64,000 bases of DNA from the NCBI GenBank assembly GCA_951406725.2, contig OX597831.1:39060001-39124000 (forward strand), read 5' to 3'. The DNA comes from Octopus vulgaris (lineage: Eukaryota). Under the pieces are notes generated by a model. That model did not search any database, was not told where the DNA came from, and saw only the letters and a program-made list of their open reading frames with translations. A program made the position numbers and the translations under genes. Positions 29,345 through 43,334 of this stretch are shown one piece after another (within the stretch, counting starts at the first letter, position 1; each line of letters starts with the position of its first letter).

Positions 29345-32039
29345 TTAAATCTAAGTTTGCTCTGTTTATATATAAATATTTACACATTTGTACTTGAATA
29401 TTCTGCCAGTTTTCCGACTTGTTTATTTCTGAAATATTGGTTTCAAATTTTGTCACAAGGCTAGCAATTTTGAGGAGAGAGGCTGGTCGATTACATCGAT
29501 CTCAATGCTCAACTTGTACTTATTTTCCCGATCCCGAAAGGATGAAAGGCAAAGTCAACCTCAGAACGTAAAGACGGACGCTTTATGATTCTGTGTGAGT
29601 GTGTGTGTGTGCTGAAAATGTTGAGAATGTTTTGTATGTCATATCCCAATATTACTTAAGTCTCTTCATAAAGACTATCGAGCGATCATCACTAGCCTCT
29701 CAGTACAACTGGCATGGGTCGTGGTTCAGTTCAAAATCCACTGGAATTTTTCTCGAAGGTTCCACCATCTGCAATACTTAACTCTGGGTTCTTTTGCCAC
29801 CATGTTATATGTATAATAATTTTCTGAGTGATATAGGTGTCACTGTTTTTTTTTTCATTTGCTCATAGAAGTTAGCCTTTTCTTTTACCAGACTTATATT
29901 AAGGGCAAAAAATTAGAGGAGATAGTATTCATTATCCAGGTGAATGAATAGTCCTCCATGTCAGCATGTCTGTATTCTACACTATGTTATTGTATATATG
30001 CATGCATGTATGTATGTATGTATGTATGTATGTATGTATGTATGTATTATGCATAAAACCCGTCAAATGGCGGAGGAACTCTTGAGAGTCAACGGCCATC
30101 CAAAAAATGTGTATATTTTTTTTAAGGCTTAAGGCTGTATCATGCGCGGGGACAGAAATAATCGGACTGAATACCCGATCGGCTCAGTGGTTTCCGATGA
30201 TGTTGACTTGTTCTTCTTTTCGGATTATGGCTGCTGTTGCTTACTGAGTGGGATTGACTCAGTGCACAGCCTTTCCTCACTTTAAAAAAATCTTCTTGCA
30301 CAGGCATTGCACGATAACAACATTGTTCATGATAGTTGATAGTGCCGTGAGTCTCAACTAAATAGCTGGCTGTAGCCTTAAAAAGCAAATAAAAGTCACA
30401 TTCGATCTCAGCACCAATAACAGTTAAGCTTCGTGCAATGGCCATACTCGATAACGAGGGGGCAGCCATCGCATTTATGCATGTATTTAACATAGATTTT
30501 ACTGAAATTATTTCTTATTAATAAAAACGAATAAGAATACTACACTTAAATCCCTTGGCTAAGAAATAGCGACGATTTAGAAATAAATGACCGGATTGTA
30601 TGTAAGGATTTACGAAGAGTGTATATTACATTTAAAAAGCAGATATAGTTCTCTTTTTTTTTTAACAATGTTATCTGTTCGTTAAAACATGCAATCAGAA
30701 GCTTATTATGTGAATGGGGTGAACAGTATCATCGGCAATATTATACTACAACAAGCCAATAAATAATAATTTCGGCAGCATCGGAAAAGCGTTTTGCTGT
30801 TAATTATTCACTCATTATTATAAGTCATTAACAGCTATCTAAATTTTCCTAGTTCTGTATTGAATTTTATTCTTCGACATCAAAACATTTATTCACAAAC
30901 GCAATCGTTTTCGCTAAGTATTATATTTCAGTCAATGGGTCTGATATCAGCATACTCCTGCATGCAACAAGTACATTACTTTCTTACAAAAATGCCTTTT
31001 GGGTACAGAAGAATAACGCTAATTCTGTTGGTGTAGTATTTCATTTGAAAAAAAAAAACATCTAGCGAACATTACTACCGGTTTCTGAACGTCGTTCATA
31101 AAATTCAAGTCTGTAATAGGAGTAGGACTCCCACCTTACACAGAAATTTTCGATAAAGCAGTGCCTTATTTCAATAATGTTTTAACTGCCAGCGGGTTCA
31201 AAGATAATATTACGTGTAAACTCAACCATCCTTCGTATCACACTAAGGCTCCGTAAGGTTATCTGTTTCACACATCCATTTCCTTTAGACGTTCAGTAAA
31301 ATATTGTAAGAAATTCCCTAAAGCCTAATTGATAAGCATTTCACTATTAACCATATCTACAGGAAACTATTCAATAGGATTTGAAGTAGTTCAATTTTAT
31401 CACTGTAGGATTTTATAATTGTGTTTATCACTGTAGGATTTTATAATTGTGCTTATTTTATAAAGATTAATTTGTAATTAAATGATCCTTCTGAATGCTT
31501 ATAAATGCAATTTTGTCGTCAATTAAAATTATCAATTTTAACAATATATTTATTTATATGCATAATTATAAACGTACACTAATCACAAACATAAATAAGA
31601 CATTTCGAGCGTATAAATGTAATGGTTACAAGTAAAAATTTCTGTAATATTGTCAACAGAAGTTATATTAGGTCTGACATTATAAGGGGGTACATCACAT
31701 TCTGGAAGACAATAAGACCGTGAAGTTATATAAAAGCTAGCGACATATTTAGCTTCAATGCGATTTGAAAGTTACAGAAAAAATTCCGTGTCTTTTACCA
31801 TTTATTTGTCTCAGTCATTGGATTGCTGGTGCACTGTTTTGAAGAATTATAGTCGAACAAAAACTTAAACCTAGTAATTTTTAAGCCTTGCATTTATTCT
31901 ATCATCTTCTTTAGACGAACCGATAAGTTACAGAGGCATATACGCACCAACACCCGTTGTCAATCGGTGATAGGTTTGGACACAGATACAAAGACACAAA
32001 CACATACACAAATATATATATATATACACACACACATAT

Positions 32040-32419
32040 CTATTCCTGTTGACTGTGGTCATGCTTGAGCATCGCCTTTAGTCGAGCACATCGACCCCAG
32101 GACTTATTCTTTGTAAGCTTAGTACTTATTTTATCGCGCTCTTTTGCCGAAACGGTAAGTTACGGGGGCGTAAACACACCAGCATCGGTTGCCAAGCAAT
32201 GTTGGGGGAGCAAACACAGACACACAAACATACACACACGCACACACACTCGTACACACATATATATATATATACATACACACAACGGGCTTCTTTCAAT
32301 TTCCGTCTACCAAATCAATTCACAAGGCTATAGTAGAAAACACTTGCCCAGGTGTCACGCAGTGGGACTGAACCCGGAACCATGTAGTTTGTAAGCAAGC
32401 TACTTACCACACAGCCACT

Positions 32420-32422
<3 letters not shown>
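32040..32422 (-). mobile_element. SINE family S2 (a decayed 3' half precedes it at 31790-32000)
   Basis: Collinear with other S2 copies. Confidence 0.8.
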
Positions 32423-32480
<58 letters not shown>

Positions 32481-32607
32481 CTGGTTCGAGATTATACAAG
32501 AAGGAATACACAAATGACAAAGAACAACAAAACAAGGAGTGTTAGTTTGACGCTGAGGAAAAATAGAAGAGCCTTTGACAGAAAGGAATGCGGTGAGAAG
32601 ACAGTTG

Positions 32608-32638
<31 letters not shown>

Positions 32639-32793
32639 TGTGTGTGTATGTGTGTGAGTGTGTGTGTGTCTGTGTGTATGTATGTGTGTATACAAACACA
32701 AACATGCATATGTATGCATGTACATAAACATATGTATCAACGTTTACATCCACATCTAGATGTATATTCACACATACATGCATAGGTGCATAC

Positions 32794-32833
<40 letters not shown>

Positions 32834-33534
32834 TATTATTATCATTATTATTATTATTATTCTTTTACTTGTTTCAGTTATTTGACTGCAGCCTTGCTGT
32901 GCCCGCGCGTATGTGTCTCCAAACTTATACGTATAAATTCCACTTCTTCTGAGTTGAATAGCTCACGGATATCATTGCCAAACCCTGATGCCCAATAAAC
33001 TTGCAGCAACCCACTCTTATAACTGCCTTGATTTAACTTGGGACGACTCGTTAGTGACCTCCATTTTCCATTTTACGATCCCTTCTCAGAACATTTTATA
33101 GTAATACTAACGTGCATATTTTTAGGGTTGGACTCTTAGCTGTTGCTATGACAACATTTTCCTGTCGATTGATTTAGTTGTAAAAAATTGCCCTCGTCAA
33201 TCGATTTCAATGCAGAGTATTCATTGATTTATTTATTGTAATTTTATGCAAAATAACTTTATTTATAAACTCAATTTCTCAACAATCTTAGAAGAAAAAG
33301 GCAAAAAGGCAAAAAGACAAAATTTTAAAACATTCAAAAAAAGGGTATTTCAAGTCCAAAATAAAAATATAGGAAATTTCAATCTACAGAAGGGGAAAAA
33401 ATGTATTAAGAAAATATAAAACATAACTTCGTTGCTGGGTAATGTAGCGTAGTCTTGTGGTTAAAGTGTTGAACCTGGGAGTTGCGTTATGTACTAGAAT
33501 GATTTTAAACAAGTCTGATAAAAGCATGATAGTC

Positions 33535-34086
33535 ATGACTGCGTGGTAAGAAGCTTGATTCCTAACCACATGGCTCCGGATTCAGTACCACTGTGTGGTA
33601 CCTTCGGCAAGTGTCTTCTACTATAACCTCGGGCCGACCAAAGAGTGGATTTGGTAGACGGCATCTGAAAGAAGCTATTCGTATATGTATATATATATAA
33701 TATAATTCGAGACAAAACCACTATTTTAAAACCAAACAAGGAAATACTTAATCAATACATAAAATTTTAATATAAATTAAATAAACCGCCACTACAATTG
33801 TTTCATGTCTGCTACCGACAATCTTCAGGTGGATTTTCGATCTTCTAATCAGTATCAAATTTTGAACATATTAAGAGGTATCCCTCATATGAATCTCTTT
33901 CGCTAGAAGGGACAGCTAAAGTCAAAACCAGTAGTTAGTGGTTTGGACAGTTCCTTGTAGTGTAAGAAAGTCCTATGATGGATACCTCTTGTACACTGTA
34001 TTTTATATGAACAATATATAGTCTATTGACTAATTTTTGTATACGCTAAGCCACTGGTAGTAAAAATTTCTAAAATATTTATTACC

Positions 34087-34122
<36 letters not shown>

Positions 34123-34131
34123 TATAAATAC

Positions 34132-34197
<66 letters not shown>

Positions 34198-34455
34198 GTG
34201 TGCGTGTGTGTGTATGTATGTATGTATATATGTATGCATGTATGTATGTATTTGTGTGTCTGTATTTGTCCCACCACACCAACGCTTCACAGCAATGTTA
34301 GTGTGTTTACGTCTCCGTAACTTGGCGGTTCAGGAAAAGAGACCGATAGAATAAGCACTAGCATTACAAAGAATAAGTCCTAGGTCGAATATTTCGGCTA
34401 AAGGCGGTGCTCAAGCAGGGCCGCAGTCAAATGATTGAAACAAGTAAAAGAATAA
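33535..34455 (+). mobile_element. SINE family S2 split by a nested insertion in its internal (TA)n
   Basis: 5' half 33535-33682 and 3' half 34200-34455, separated by about 390 bp of unrelated hammerhead-bearing sequence. Confidence 0.75.
33789..33832 (-). ncRNA. Minimal type-I hammerhead ribozyme, canonical core
   Basis: Minus strand reads CCAC-CTGAAGA-T-TGTC-ggtagca-GACA-T-GAA-ACAATTGT-A-GTGG. Stem I CCAC/GTGG, CUGANGA core, stem II TGTC/GACA, GAAA, palindromic stem III, GUA site. Confidence 0.75.
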
Positions 34456-34624
34456 AAAAAAATAAATGAATTATATAGACATATTTTGACAAATACTCAT
34501 CTACCTATAAATCAATATATTTATCTATCAATTTATCTATCTATCTAACTATCTATCTATCTACACGCACACACACACATACACATATATATATATACAT
34601 ATATATATACATACGTAAAGGGAG

Positions 34625-35180
34625 ATATATATTCGGTCATAGAGTGAGCAACGGTTTCTCATCCATTGAGTGCTTAGCTTTATAGACGATTCGTCACATT
34701 CCAATAGACGCAGGCATATAATCTCTCTTCAAACTGAGGGTAGAAAATCGCTACGGTCAGTTAATTTGTAAACAAAAGAATAATATTCACTGGCTGTACT
34801 TGGAATCTCTCTTAAGCTCAAGACACGAGATCTATAATTCCTGCCGTCAATTCAAAGGCAACCTGCTGCAAGTGTGGATTTCCCGTTCGTCGATTAGAGT
34901 TTTAAAAAGTATTTGCGGACTAGCGTAGATTTTTTTGTTTGCCCTTTAGGTCAATAAGATTTGCCAACTAGGCCGGTCTAACACCGATATCTCGTCCTCT
35001 TGAGGTTCAGATAGTGTATATTATTCTTTTCTTTACAAATTAACTAACCGTGACTGTTTTCTAAATCCGGTTTGAAACGAGGTTATATACTTGAGGTCAT
35101 TAGAACCTGAAGAGTTTTCTATAAAGCTAAGCAATTTATGGATTCGAAACCATTTGGTCACTCTATAACCGGACATATAT
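34625..35180. mobile_element. Diverged foldback element with ~165-bp arms, each carrying a hammerhead-like motif
   Basis: 34625-34790 is the diverged reverse complement of 35013-35180. Right arm 35101-35165 reads CTGAAGA-stem(tctataaa/tttatgga)-GAA-ACCA-tt-TGGT-C. Confidence 0.7.
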
Positions 35181-35302
35181 TCAACTACATGTAAATACAT
35201 TACTGTTCTATCTTTTAGAGTGGGCTTATTTGTCGGATATATGATCCACTGATAATATATACACTCTTGTGTATATATATATTTATTTATATGTATATAT
35301 AT

Positions 35303-35554
35303 ATATTGTTATATTTCGGAATGGTCATTTTGCCAGTTTAGCCAATAAAAACACACGCACTATATATTTGGTGTTATTTTGCTTCAGTGTTATTTATTTT
35401 TTACATTAATCTTAATCTTATTTCGGCCAGAGTTCTTTCGTCACACTCCTGTGACCGCATCAGTGGTCCTTTGTTTTCATCTTTCTTATTTGTGTCTCTC
35501 CTTACTAACCGTCAGCTAAACTGGCAAAATGACCATTCCGAAATATAACAATAT
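35303..35554 (-). mobile_element. Penelope-like relic with perfect 40-bp inverted repeat around a degenerate hammerhead (35425-35469)
   Basis: 35303-35342 is the reverse complement of 35515-35554. Minus strand reads CCA-CTGATGC-g-GTCAC-aggagt-GTGAC-GAAA-gaac-TC-TGG. Confidence 0.65.
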
Positions 35555-35607
35555 CTGTTTCAATACACGACTTCGCATAAAAATCTTGCACAACAAATAT
35601 TAAAAAC

Positions 35608-35690
<83 letters not shown>

Positions 35691-36747
35691 TACATATTAT
35701 GCCTTTATCAATAGTGTTTAAAAGAATTCTTGCCTTCATTATCCTGTCCTTTTTCTTACAAGGTCTAATGTTTAGTGTATATAGATTAGAACTGGCCTTA
35801 TATTTAATGGTGCCGGTTCACCCATGGTAAACTTCGGTGTTGTTACAAGTGTAATGCTATTGTTTCATTTTTACAATGAGTAAACAACAGCTAGTGTGTG
35901 TGTGTGTGTCTGTCTGTCTGTGTTGTGTATGTGCGTGTGTGTGTTGTCTCCCTTATCACCATAGTATCCAACCACTTCCTTCCTTCCGTTCTTCTCAACA
36001 TGTTAATTCAGATATGTTTCGTTTATTTTACCACTATTCATCTGTTTTTCTCTCCTACTTGCATTTAGTAGAAGTGCGCAAGCTCGAAACGTCAAAGATC
36101 TTTCTGACGATTCTGACATCCCGCTGCTTTCGTAATAACAGTACTAATAATAAGGTTTCTTTATAATAATAACGACAGGAAGAGAGCAACGACAACAACA
36201 ACAATATTATGTCTAATCATTCTCTGCATCTGTTTGTGTACCTCACGCCCACTCTATATATTCGTCATTCTCTTTAGTTCTATGACAAAAAGATCAACTA
36301 AGAGCTATTCATCATAATAAGCACCAAGCAATTATTCTAAGTATTTCTAAAATATCCATTGTCTAATATCATACTTTCTTCCTTCATGCCTCCAATACGC
36401 AAATAGACGTTCCACGTAAATCCTGGATCAGGTTTTACAAGCTGCATGTGCTTGTCATGGAATTTTTCGAGGAAGTAATTAAAGGATGTTTTAAGTAATC
36501 TTTATTTATTTATTTATGTTTTCTTTTACTTCGGATATTTTTTATCACAATTAGAGTAGCAATTTATCAGCTATATCCATTTCTGAAAGAGAAATTGTGT
36601 GTATACATGTGTGCAGCGTAAATATATAATCTTTAATGTCTTATAACCAAGAGGCTGCTAATTTCCACTACTCTGAGCACCAAGTTTTCGCTCTTTCAGC
36701 CAGTAATCCGAGTCTTTTTTTCTTTTAAATTAACATTTGTTTTAATA

Positions 36748-37327
36748 CTGGGTAGTCCGGAAAGTTCGTGCCGATTTATAGTAGCTTACCTTTCGACTTA
36801 TTTTAGAACATGGTTGAGTCCATAAAATAGGATTTGACTACACCGCCATTTAGAGCACAGTTTAACTATCTTTTCATGGAAGAAGGTTTATGTTCCTATA
36901 ACCTGTGTTAATTCTGTAACCCTTTAAAATTGAAGATAAGAAAGTTCAATTTCGGCACTTGATACTTTGGGAACCAGACAAAAATTATTGCGGCTCGGCT
37001 AGTATGTGTTACCCCCCACACACACACACACACTCCATATTCACCAGATATTGCTCCTTCGGATTTCTACTTATTCAGGTCTCTGTAGAATAGTCTTAAT
37101 GGTAAAAATTTCAATTCGTTGGATGATGTAATAAGATACCTTGATGAATTATTTGCCGTGAAACCACCTCAATTCTGGGAAGAGGGTATTTTCAAGTTAA
37201 AGGAAAGATGGAGACGCATTGTGCAACAAACTGCTTTATATTTGGTTGATTAAAAATGTAATGGCAAGTATTTATTGACCTTTTTCTTTCATTTTAAAAA
37301 TCGGCACGAACTTTCCGGACAACCCAA
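36748..37327 (+). mobile_element. Internally deleted mariner transposon (~580 bp)
   Basis: TA-flanked ~30-bp TIRs with 2 mismatches (ctgggtagtccggaaagttcgtgccgattt). The decayed N-terminus EDKKVQFRHLILWE is joined to RQKLLRLG...PYSPDIAPSDFYLFRSL*NSL...GIFKLKERWRRIV. Confidence 0.92.
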
Positions 37328-37476
37328 TATATTTTGAAATGTTACCCGAACGTTATAAGGAAAACGCCTACATGTATGTCTGATTTACCATTTTGAATAG
37401 TACGAAACAATAAGCAACAACGGCTGTTTTAAACGCAAGTTTTTCATTTCGTTCCTAGCTATGGTGGAAATAATCC

Positions 37477-37859
37477 GGAGGCGCAATGGCCCAGTGGTTA
37501 GGGTAGCGGACTCGCGGTCATAGGATCACGGTTTCGATTCCCAGACCGGGCGTTGTGAGTGTTTATTGAGCGAAAACACCTAAAGCTCCACGAGGCTCCG
37601 GCAGGGGATGGTGGTGATCCCTGCTGTACTCTTTCACCACAACTTTCTCTCACTCTTACTTCCTGTTTCTGTTGTACCTGTATTTCAAAGGGCCGGCCTT
37701 GTCACTCTCTGTGTCACGCTGAATATCCCCGAGAACTACGTTAAGGGTACACGTGTCTGTGGAGTGCTCAGCCACTTACAGGTTAATTTCACGAGCAGGC
37801 TGTTCCGTTGATTCGGATCAACCGGAACCCTCGTCGTCGTAACCGACGGAGTGCTTCCA
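37477..37859 (+). mobile_element. Young full-length SINE S1 (tail type 1) with 11-bp TSD
   Basis: TSD ggaaataatcc at 37466-37476 and 37860-37870; intact A and B boxes. Confidence 0.95.
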
Positions 37860-40134
37860 GGAAATAATCCACATATCTTCAGCCTCATTCAAGGGATCTA
37901 CTCGAACTCTCCTCATGAATTTACGGTGTTGCTTAAGCAATAGTTAAAAAATGTTTTCCCTTTTTCAAATCACTTCGAAACCAACGTTTTTACTCCCTGA
38001 ACCAGACTGAAATGCAAGGAGAATGCCATGCATACAAGATGTTAAATACTTTATTCTTTTGTTCAAACAGTTACTGCCCTAGTTCGCTGAAACAATGGTC
38101 AGATAGTATTTTTGATTTGGAGCTACCATTCCTATAGCGTGGTACATCGTCTACAATCGATCACATAGCTTCTCAATTTGTGATGGCCTGCTGCACGTAA
38201 CAACTCTATAAATTTCGACAAAGCCATAGTAGTAGTTATACGGTAGTGCTAACAAAGGAATGTTTTTCCAAATCGATTTTTTAAAGTGAAATTTCGCCAG
38301 TATATATTTGAGCCTCATTTCTGTTGTTTTCTTTTTTATTCTACTTTAGAGCTGTATATTATCAACTTAGTCAAACAGTTACCATTGAGTTGGCAATTCT
38401 CACTAATTCTGAAGTCACATGATAGTTCCTGTCCAAATGGTGACCTGTCTTTTACATTGAAGTTTGCAGAATTACGACCGTTGATAAACAGTTGACATTT
38501 TTAGTATAAACACTCCCTGAACACAGTTCCTATTTAACCATAACAAGGGTAGTAAAAAAAACAACAATTGTTTCGTGATTAATCCACAATTTAATTCTGC
38601 TCTACATCTGTTTCAAAGATACAGACAACATCATTTGTGAGTTTATATAATATATGTATTTAATATATCAAGTTACACAATTAATTTCAATGTGATAAAT
38701 AAACCACTTCATCAGGAGACTAAATTAATTAAATCCAAACGGGTGCTGTTTCAAATATAATGAAAACGAGACAGAGATAAGTGTAGGCAAGTAAGTAGGT
38801 ACGTAGGTAGATAGATAGATAGATAGATACATACATACATACATACATACATACATACATACATACATACATACATACATACATACATACATTGAAGAAT
38901 ACAAACGCAAAGCAGTGATGTGTATCAATGTCAACTTGGTACTCGTCCAAATATGCTTCAGGTGTCTTCGAACACGTTGAAGCCATTCATTGTATTTTGT
39001 GATGGAAAAAAAGCTTTCGTTCGAAACGTCCCGCACCACCAACATGCGTTGGATTTTTTTAATGTACCTATAACTTAGCGCTTCGACGAAAGAACCCAAT
39101 AGAATATATAGCAGAATTAAAGAAAAAGAACGTCTAGTGCGATTCTGTATACATCTTGTATTTATAATTGTTGTTTTAGCTGTTCTTGTTGTTGATGATG
39201 ATGATGACGACGATGATGATGATGTCAGTAATGATGAAGATGATAACGATAACGATATAAATGATGATGGCGATGACGACGATTTATGATTACATCGATC
39301 ATCATAATCATGACGACGACGACGCTGGTGATAATGACGACGACGACAATGATGACGATGATGATGATGTGGATGATGATTTTTCTATTCCACTTCAAAA
39401 AAAAAAACTCCAAAAGCCCATCATTTCTCTCTGCAATTACTGAGGTTCCTTGAACACACACACATACCACACCATTGTGAAATACTGCATTAAAGATTAA
39501 TTGAATGTGAAAGATGCAATTTCTAGATAGGTTCGGTACTAATGACTTCAGAAGGCCCTTTAGTTTCACAAGCATTATTCAAAATTACATGGGTATTATG
39601 AAAATGAAATATAATTGAAATATAACAATGGTTATTAGATCGGAATAAGGTTCCTGATTTATAGGCAATGATAAAATGAGATTTTATAACACGTATAAGT
39701 TTCCTCATAGAAGATTCAATTCCCAATGAGAATCACAGCCTACAGTAATAATAGTTATAATTATTGTATTAAAATCGATCGTTGGCTGGCAATGCTTGCA
39801 CTTCCCAAGATGTGCCTTGAAACAAATATATCATTCATTGAGCCAGGAATATGACAAACCAACAAGACAGCAAGAATGGAGCTTCTATGTGGCCACTCAA
39901 ACTGCTAAAATTACCTGCTACATTTTTATGAAGTCTTATCCTGTCATCTTGAAAGATGGAGGACATGTCGACTTTGAAAAGACGATCTGAAATAGATGAG
40001 AAAGGAGTGTTCTAAATCATAAAGCCCCAAAGGACACGTTATGTAGTGTTGGATGTGAGATACAGTATGTCTGAGAAGGCGGGAGCACAAAATGATCGTG
40101 AATGAAATGCAGTATTTCACAATGGCGTGTGGTG

Positions 40135-40300
40135 TGTATAGGGGAGGTGTGCAAGGAATCTCAGTGTTTGCAGAGAGAAACTTCTGGCTCCGGATTCGGT
40201 TCCACTACGTGCCGCCTTGAGCAGGAGTCTTCTATCATAACCTCGGGTCGACAAAAACATCTAAGTGGATTTAGTAGACAGAAACTGAAGGAATCCTGTC

Positions 40301-40354
<54 letters not shown>

Positions 40355-40358
40355 GGGG

Positions 40359-40392
<34 letters not shown>

Positions 40393-40645
40393 AGGAATAT
40401 AGATAGATATAAATGCATGTGTCTGTGCGTGGGTGTCTGTGTGTCTGTGTTTGTCCCCGACCACCGCTCAACACCCGGTGTTGGTGTGTTTATGTCCCAG
40501 TAACCTAGCAGTTCGATAGAGACAGAATAATTGTCAGGATTAAGAAAATAATAAGCGCTGGGATCGATTCATTCGACTGAAATTTCTTTAGACCGTGCCA
40601 CAGGATGGCCGCAGTCTAATGACTGAAACAAGTAAAAGGGTAAAA
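40135..40645 (+). mobile_element. SINE family S2, diverged
   Basis: Head, compound internal microsatellite and tail gactgaaacaagtaaaagg. Confidence 0.75.
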
Positions 40646-41995
40646 TTAACAGATACCTTGCTTAAAACAAGAGCCATTTGTTGTATAAAAGACTGTTTAG
40701 ATTATTCCTGTCAAGAAAGAACAATGGACTGTTAGAAATGTTAGAGCGGTTGTAAAAATGCCTTTTGGCGCTTTTTCTGGTACTTTATTCTTTGAGTTCA
40801 AATCCTGCTTTCAAGGTTCAGTGTCTATATAATATAGTACTGGTGATAATATTGTCGACCTACCACTTTGCTTTCTAAATTTTTGGCATTCTGGGGTCGA
40901 TAAAATAAAGTAATGGAGCCGTTTTCATGGATTTGTCACTCAATGAAAATTTAAATCGTAGAAAAGAAAAGCGATGCAGTATTCTAGCATATATTTCTCT
41001 GCGCTCCGAGTTCAAACTCACTTGTCTTCGTTTCAGGAGAGATAAATAGAGCACCAATCAATTTCTGTGATTCATTCTTATTCGCAATTCTTTCTTCTTT
41101 ACACTTTTTATCTTTCTATTTTTTTTTTTTTTTTTGTTTTGAAGAAATGGACTCCGAAAATTGAAGTGGGAGAACGGTCGCCACTAGATTCCGAAACATA
41201 TCAAAATACGCCCGTAGGCACATCAATTACGACTTCATAAAACGGAGACTACAATCTTTAGGCGAAGTAAAATGAAAGAAGATCCGTTTAATCAAGGTTG
41301 TTGTCCAGGGATTAAAGGACAACAACAACAGTAACAAAAGCAATAACAACAATAACAACAACAACCAGAGCATCAACAGCAACAACAAAATGAACAACAA
41401 TATCGGCGGCACTAAAGTTACATGTCAATATTTTCCAACTTTATTTGTTCTTATCAGAAACCTATGAGTTTATTTCAAATTTCTTATTGAAAATGTTGAA
41501 GTTCGAATATCAATTTTTTTTTCCCTTTCAGTCAAAAGAGTCTTCAGATTTCAAGGAAATGGGAAATGAACTGATGTGAGTTAACGCTGGCAGCTTTGCC
41601 ACAGGCATGAGCAATACGAGTGTAGTATTTATGGCAACACCTTAAGAATAAAAAGGAAAAAAAATTCAGATGTTGATCGCTCCCCATGAGCTTAGTCAAC
41701 TCTACAGTGTTTGAACATATTGTGTTATCTATCAAATTATTGAAGGATTTTCTTTTCTCTCCTCTTGCTTAGTTTCATTATTCAAGATATATTTTTCTTT
41801 TCTTTCCTTTTCTTTTTCTTTTGAAGAGGTTATTCAGTTTTTGTACACCTAAAAACGTCATCGTTGTGTCAGAAAAAAAAATAATCAATTTAGAAAAATA
41901 AAATTATGAAAGAATAAAAATTTGAATCTTTCAAAAAAATTTAATATTAATAAATCCATGACACTCTTCCTCTCTGTCATTCTTTCTCACCCCCC

Positions 41996-42032
<37 letters not shown>

Positions 42033-42490
42033 CTCGCTTTATCTTGCTTGCTCTCTTACTCCACTTCTATCTTCCTTTCGATTTCTCCCTCACTCTCGAC
42101 TCCAAGACATCAATAATCTATACTGTTCAGTACAGGTGCTTTATATGTTTAATATGCTTCTTTCTGGAGGAGTATTATTATATTTTAATAAATCGCAAAT
42201 GATGTCAATACTATTTTTGAAGATGAATATATAATACACACACACACAGACACATAGACGCACATACATACGCAGACTTAAACACACAAACGCACACGTA
42301 CACACGTATATATAAACTTGTGTATGGATCTATTCATTTATCTCTATTTATCATTATATATAAATGGGTGTGTGTGTGTAATTGTGCATGTATATATACG
42401 TACATATGCATTATGTATATTTTTATACATATTCATGTGCGTCTGTATGTGCGTGTGCTTCTGTGTGTGAGTACATACATATAAACATTT

Positions 42491-42630
<140 letters not shown>

Positions 42631-43334
42631 GTTTGTGTGTGCGTGTGTGCGTGAGTGTGTGCGAGTGTGTGTGTGTGTGCGCGCTCGAGTGTGTATTGAA
42701 AGACTAAATGATTAAAAGAAAGATTTCCATCACTAAAGTAAATGCTAATCCCAAAGCAAAATATCTGATTTGTGAGGAACTAAGAGCAATGGTAGAAGAT
42801 AAGAAATGAAAGAAAGTGGGGAATAAATTCGTCTTCCTTGTTTCATCGTATGTTAAACGGGATTTAGAATTATTAAATGGTTGCATCTTTCCGGTTTCAG
42901 CGCTCTTAATAAAATCTTCCCAGCAAAAGAAACGAATGTATATTTATAACATAATGGAATATCATCAGAGCCTGTTTCGTTGATGTTCTTGCTACTCTTG
43001 TTAAACCCTAGGCCACCTCTGACAGAAAAGACGTTCTATCAAAGATATTCCAATTATAACCATCCAGTTTATGGTCTGAAATTTCATCTGGCTCTCCATT
43101 ATACTGTATGTCGTTCTTATTTTCAGATAAGATATGGTTTCAAATTAATATGTCTGCTATTTTTAGCAGGTCATGTAACCTTTTAGAATCTGAAGTGGTT
43201 CTTAACCGGGATCATTATGGTCCTTTAGGATCTATGTAAAATATTGTTGTTAAAATTTATATACTATAAATTGGTTAGACATCTAAAATACGCCAAATAT
43301 TTCAACAATCTTTTGTACAATTCCTAATTTTTCT

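Noticed and set aside
31398-31453. 28-bp tandem duplication, and the small hairpin at 24304-24340
   Set aside because: Ordinary slippage or foldback products with no further signal.
37477-37550. tRNA gene
   Set aside because: A and B boxes are present, but the sequence continues into a SINE body with TSDs and has no convincing acceptor stem.
37559-37811. Repeated ORFs [16 protein letters not shown] / MVVIPAVLFHH (also 18043, 48375)
   Set aside because: They lie wholly inside SINE S1 copies; the recurrence reflects the repeat, not a gene family.
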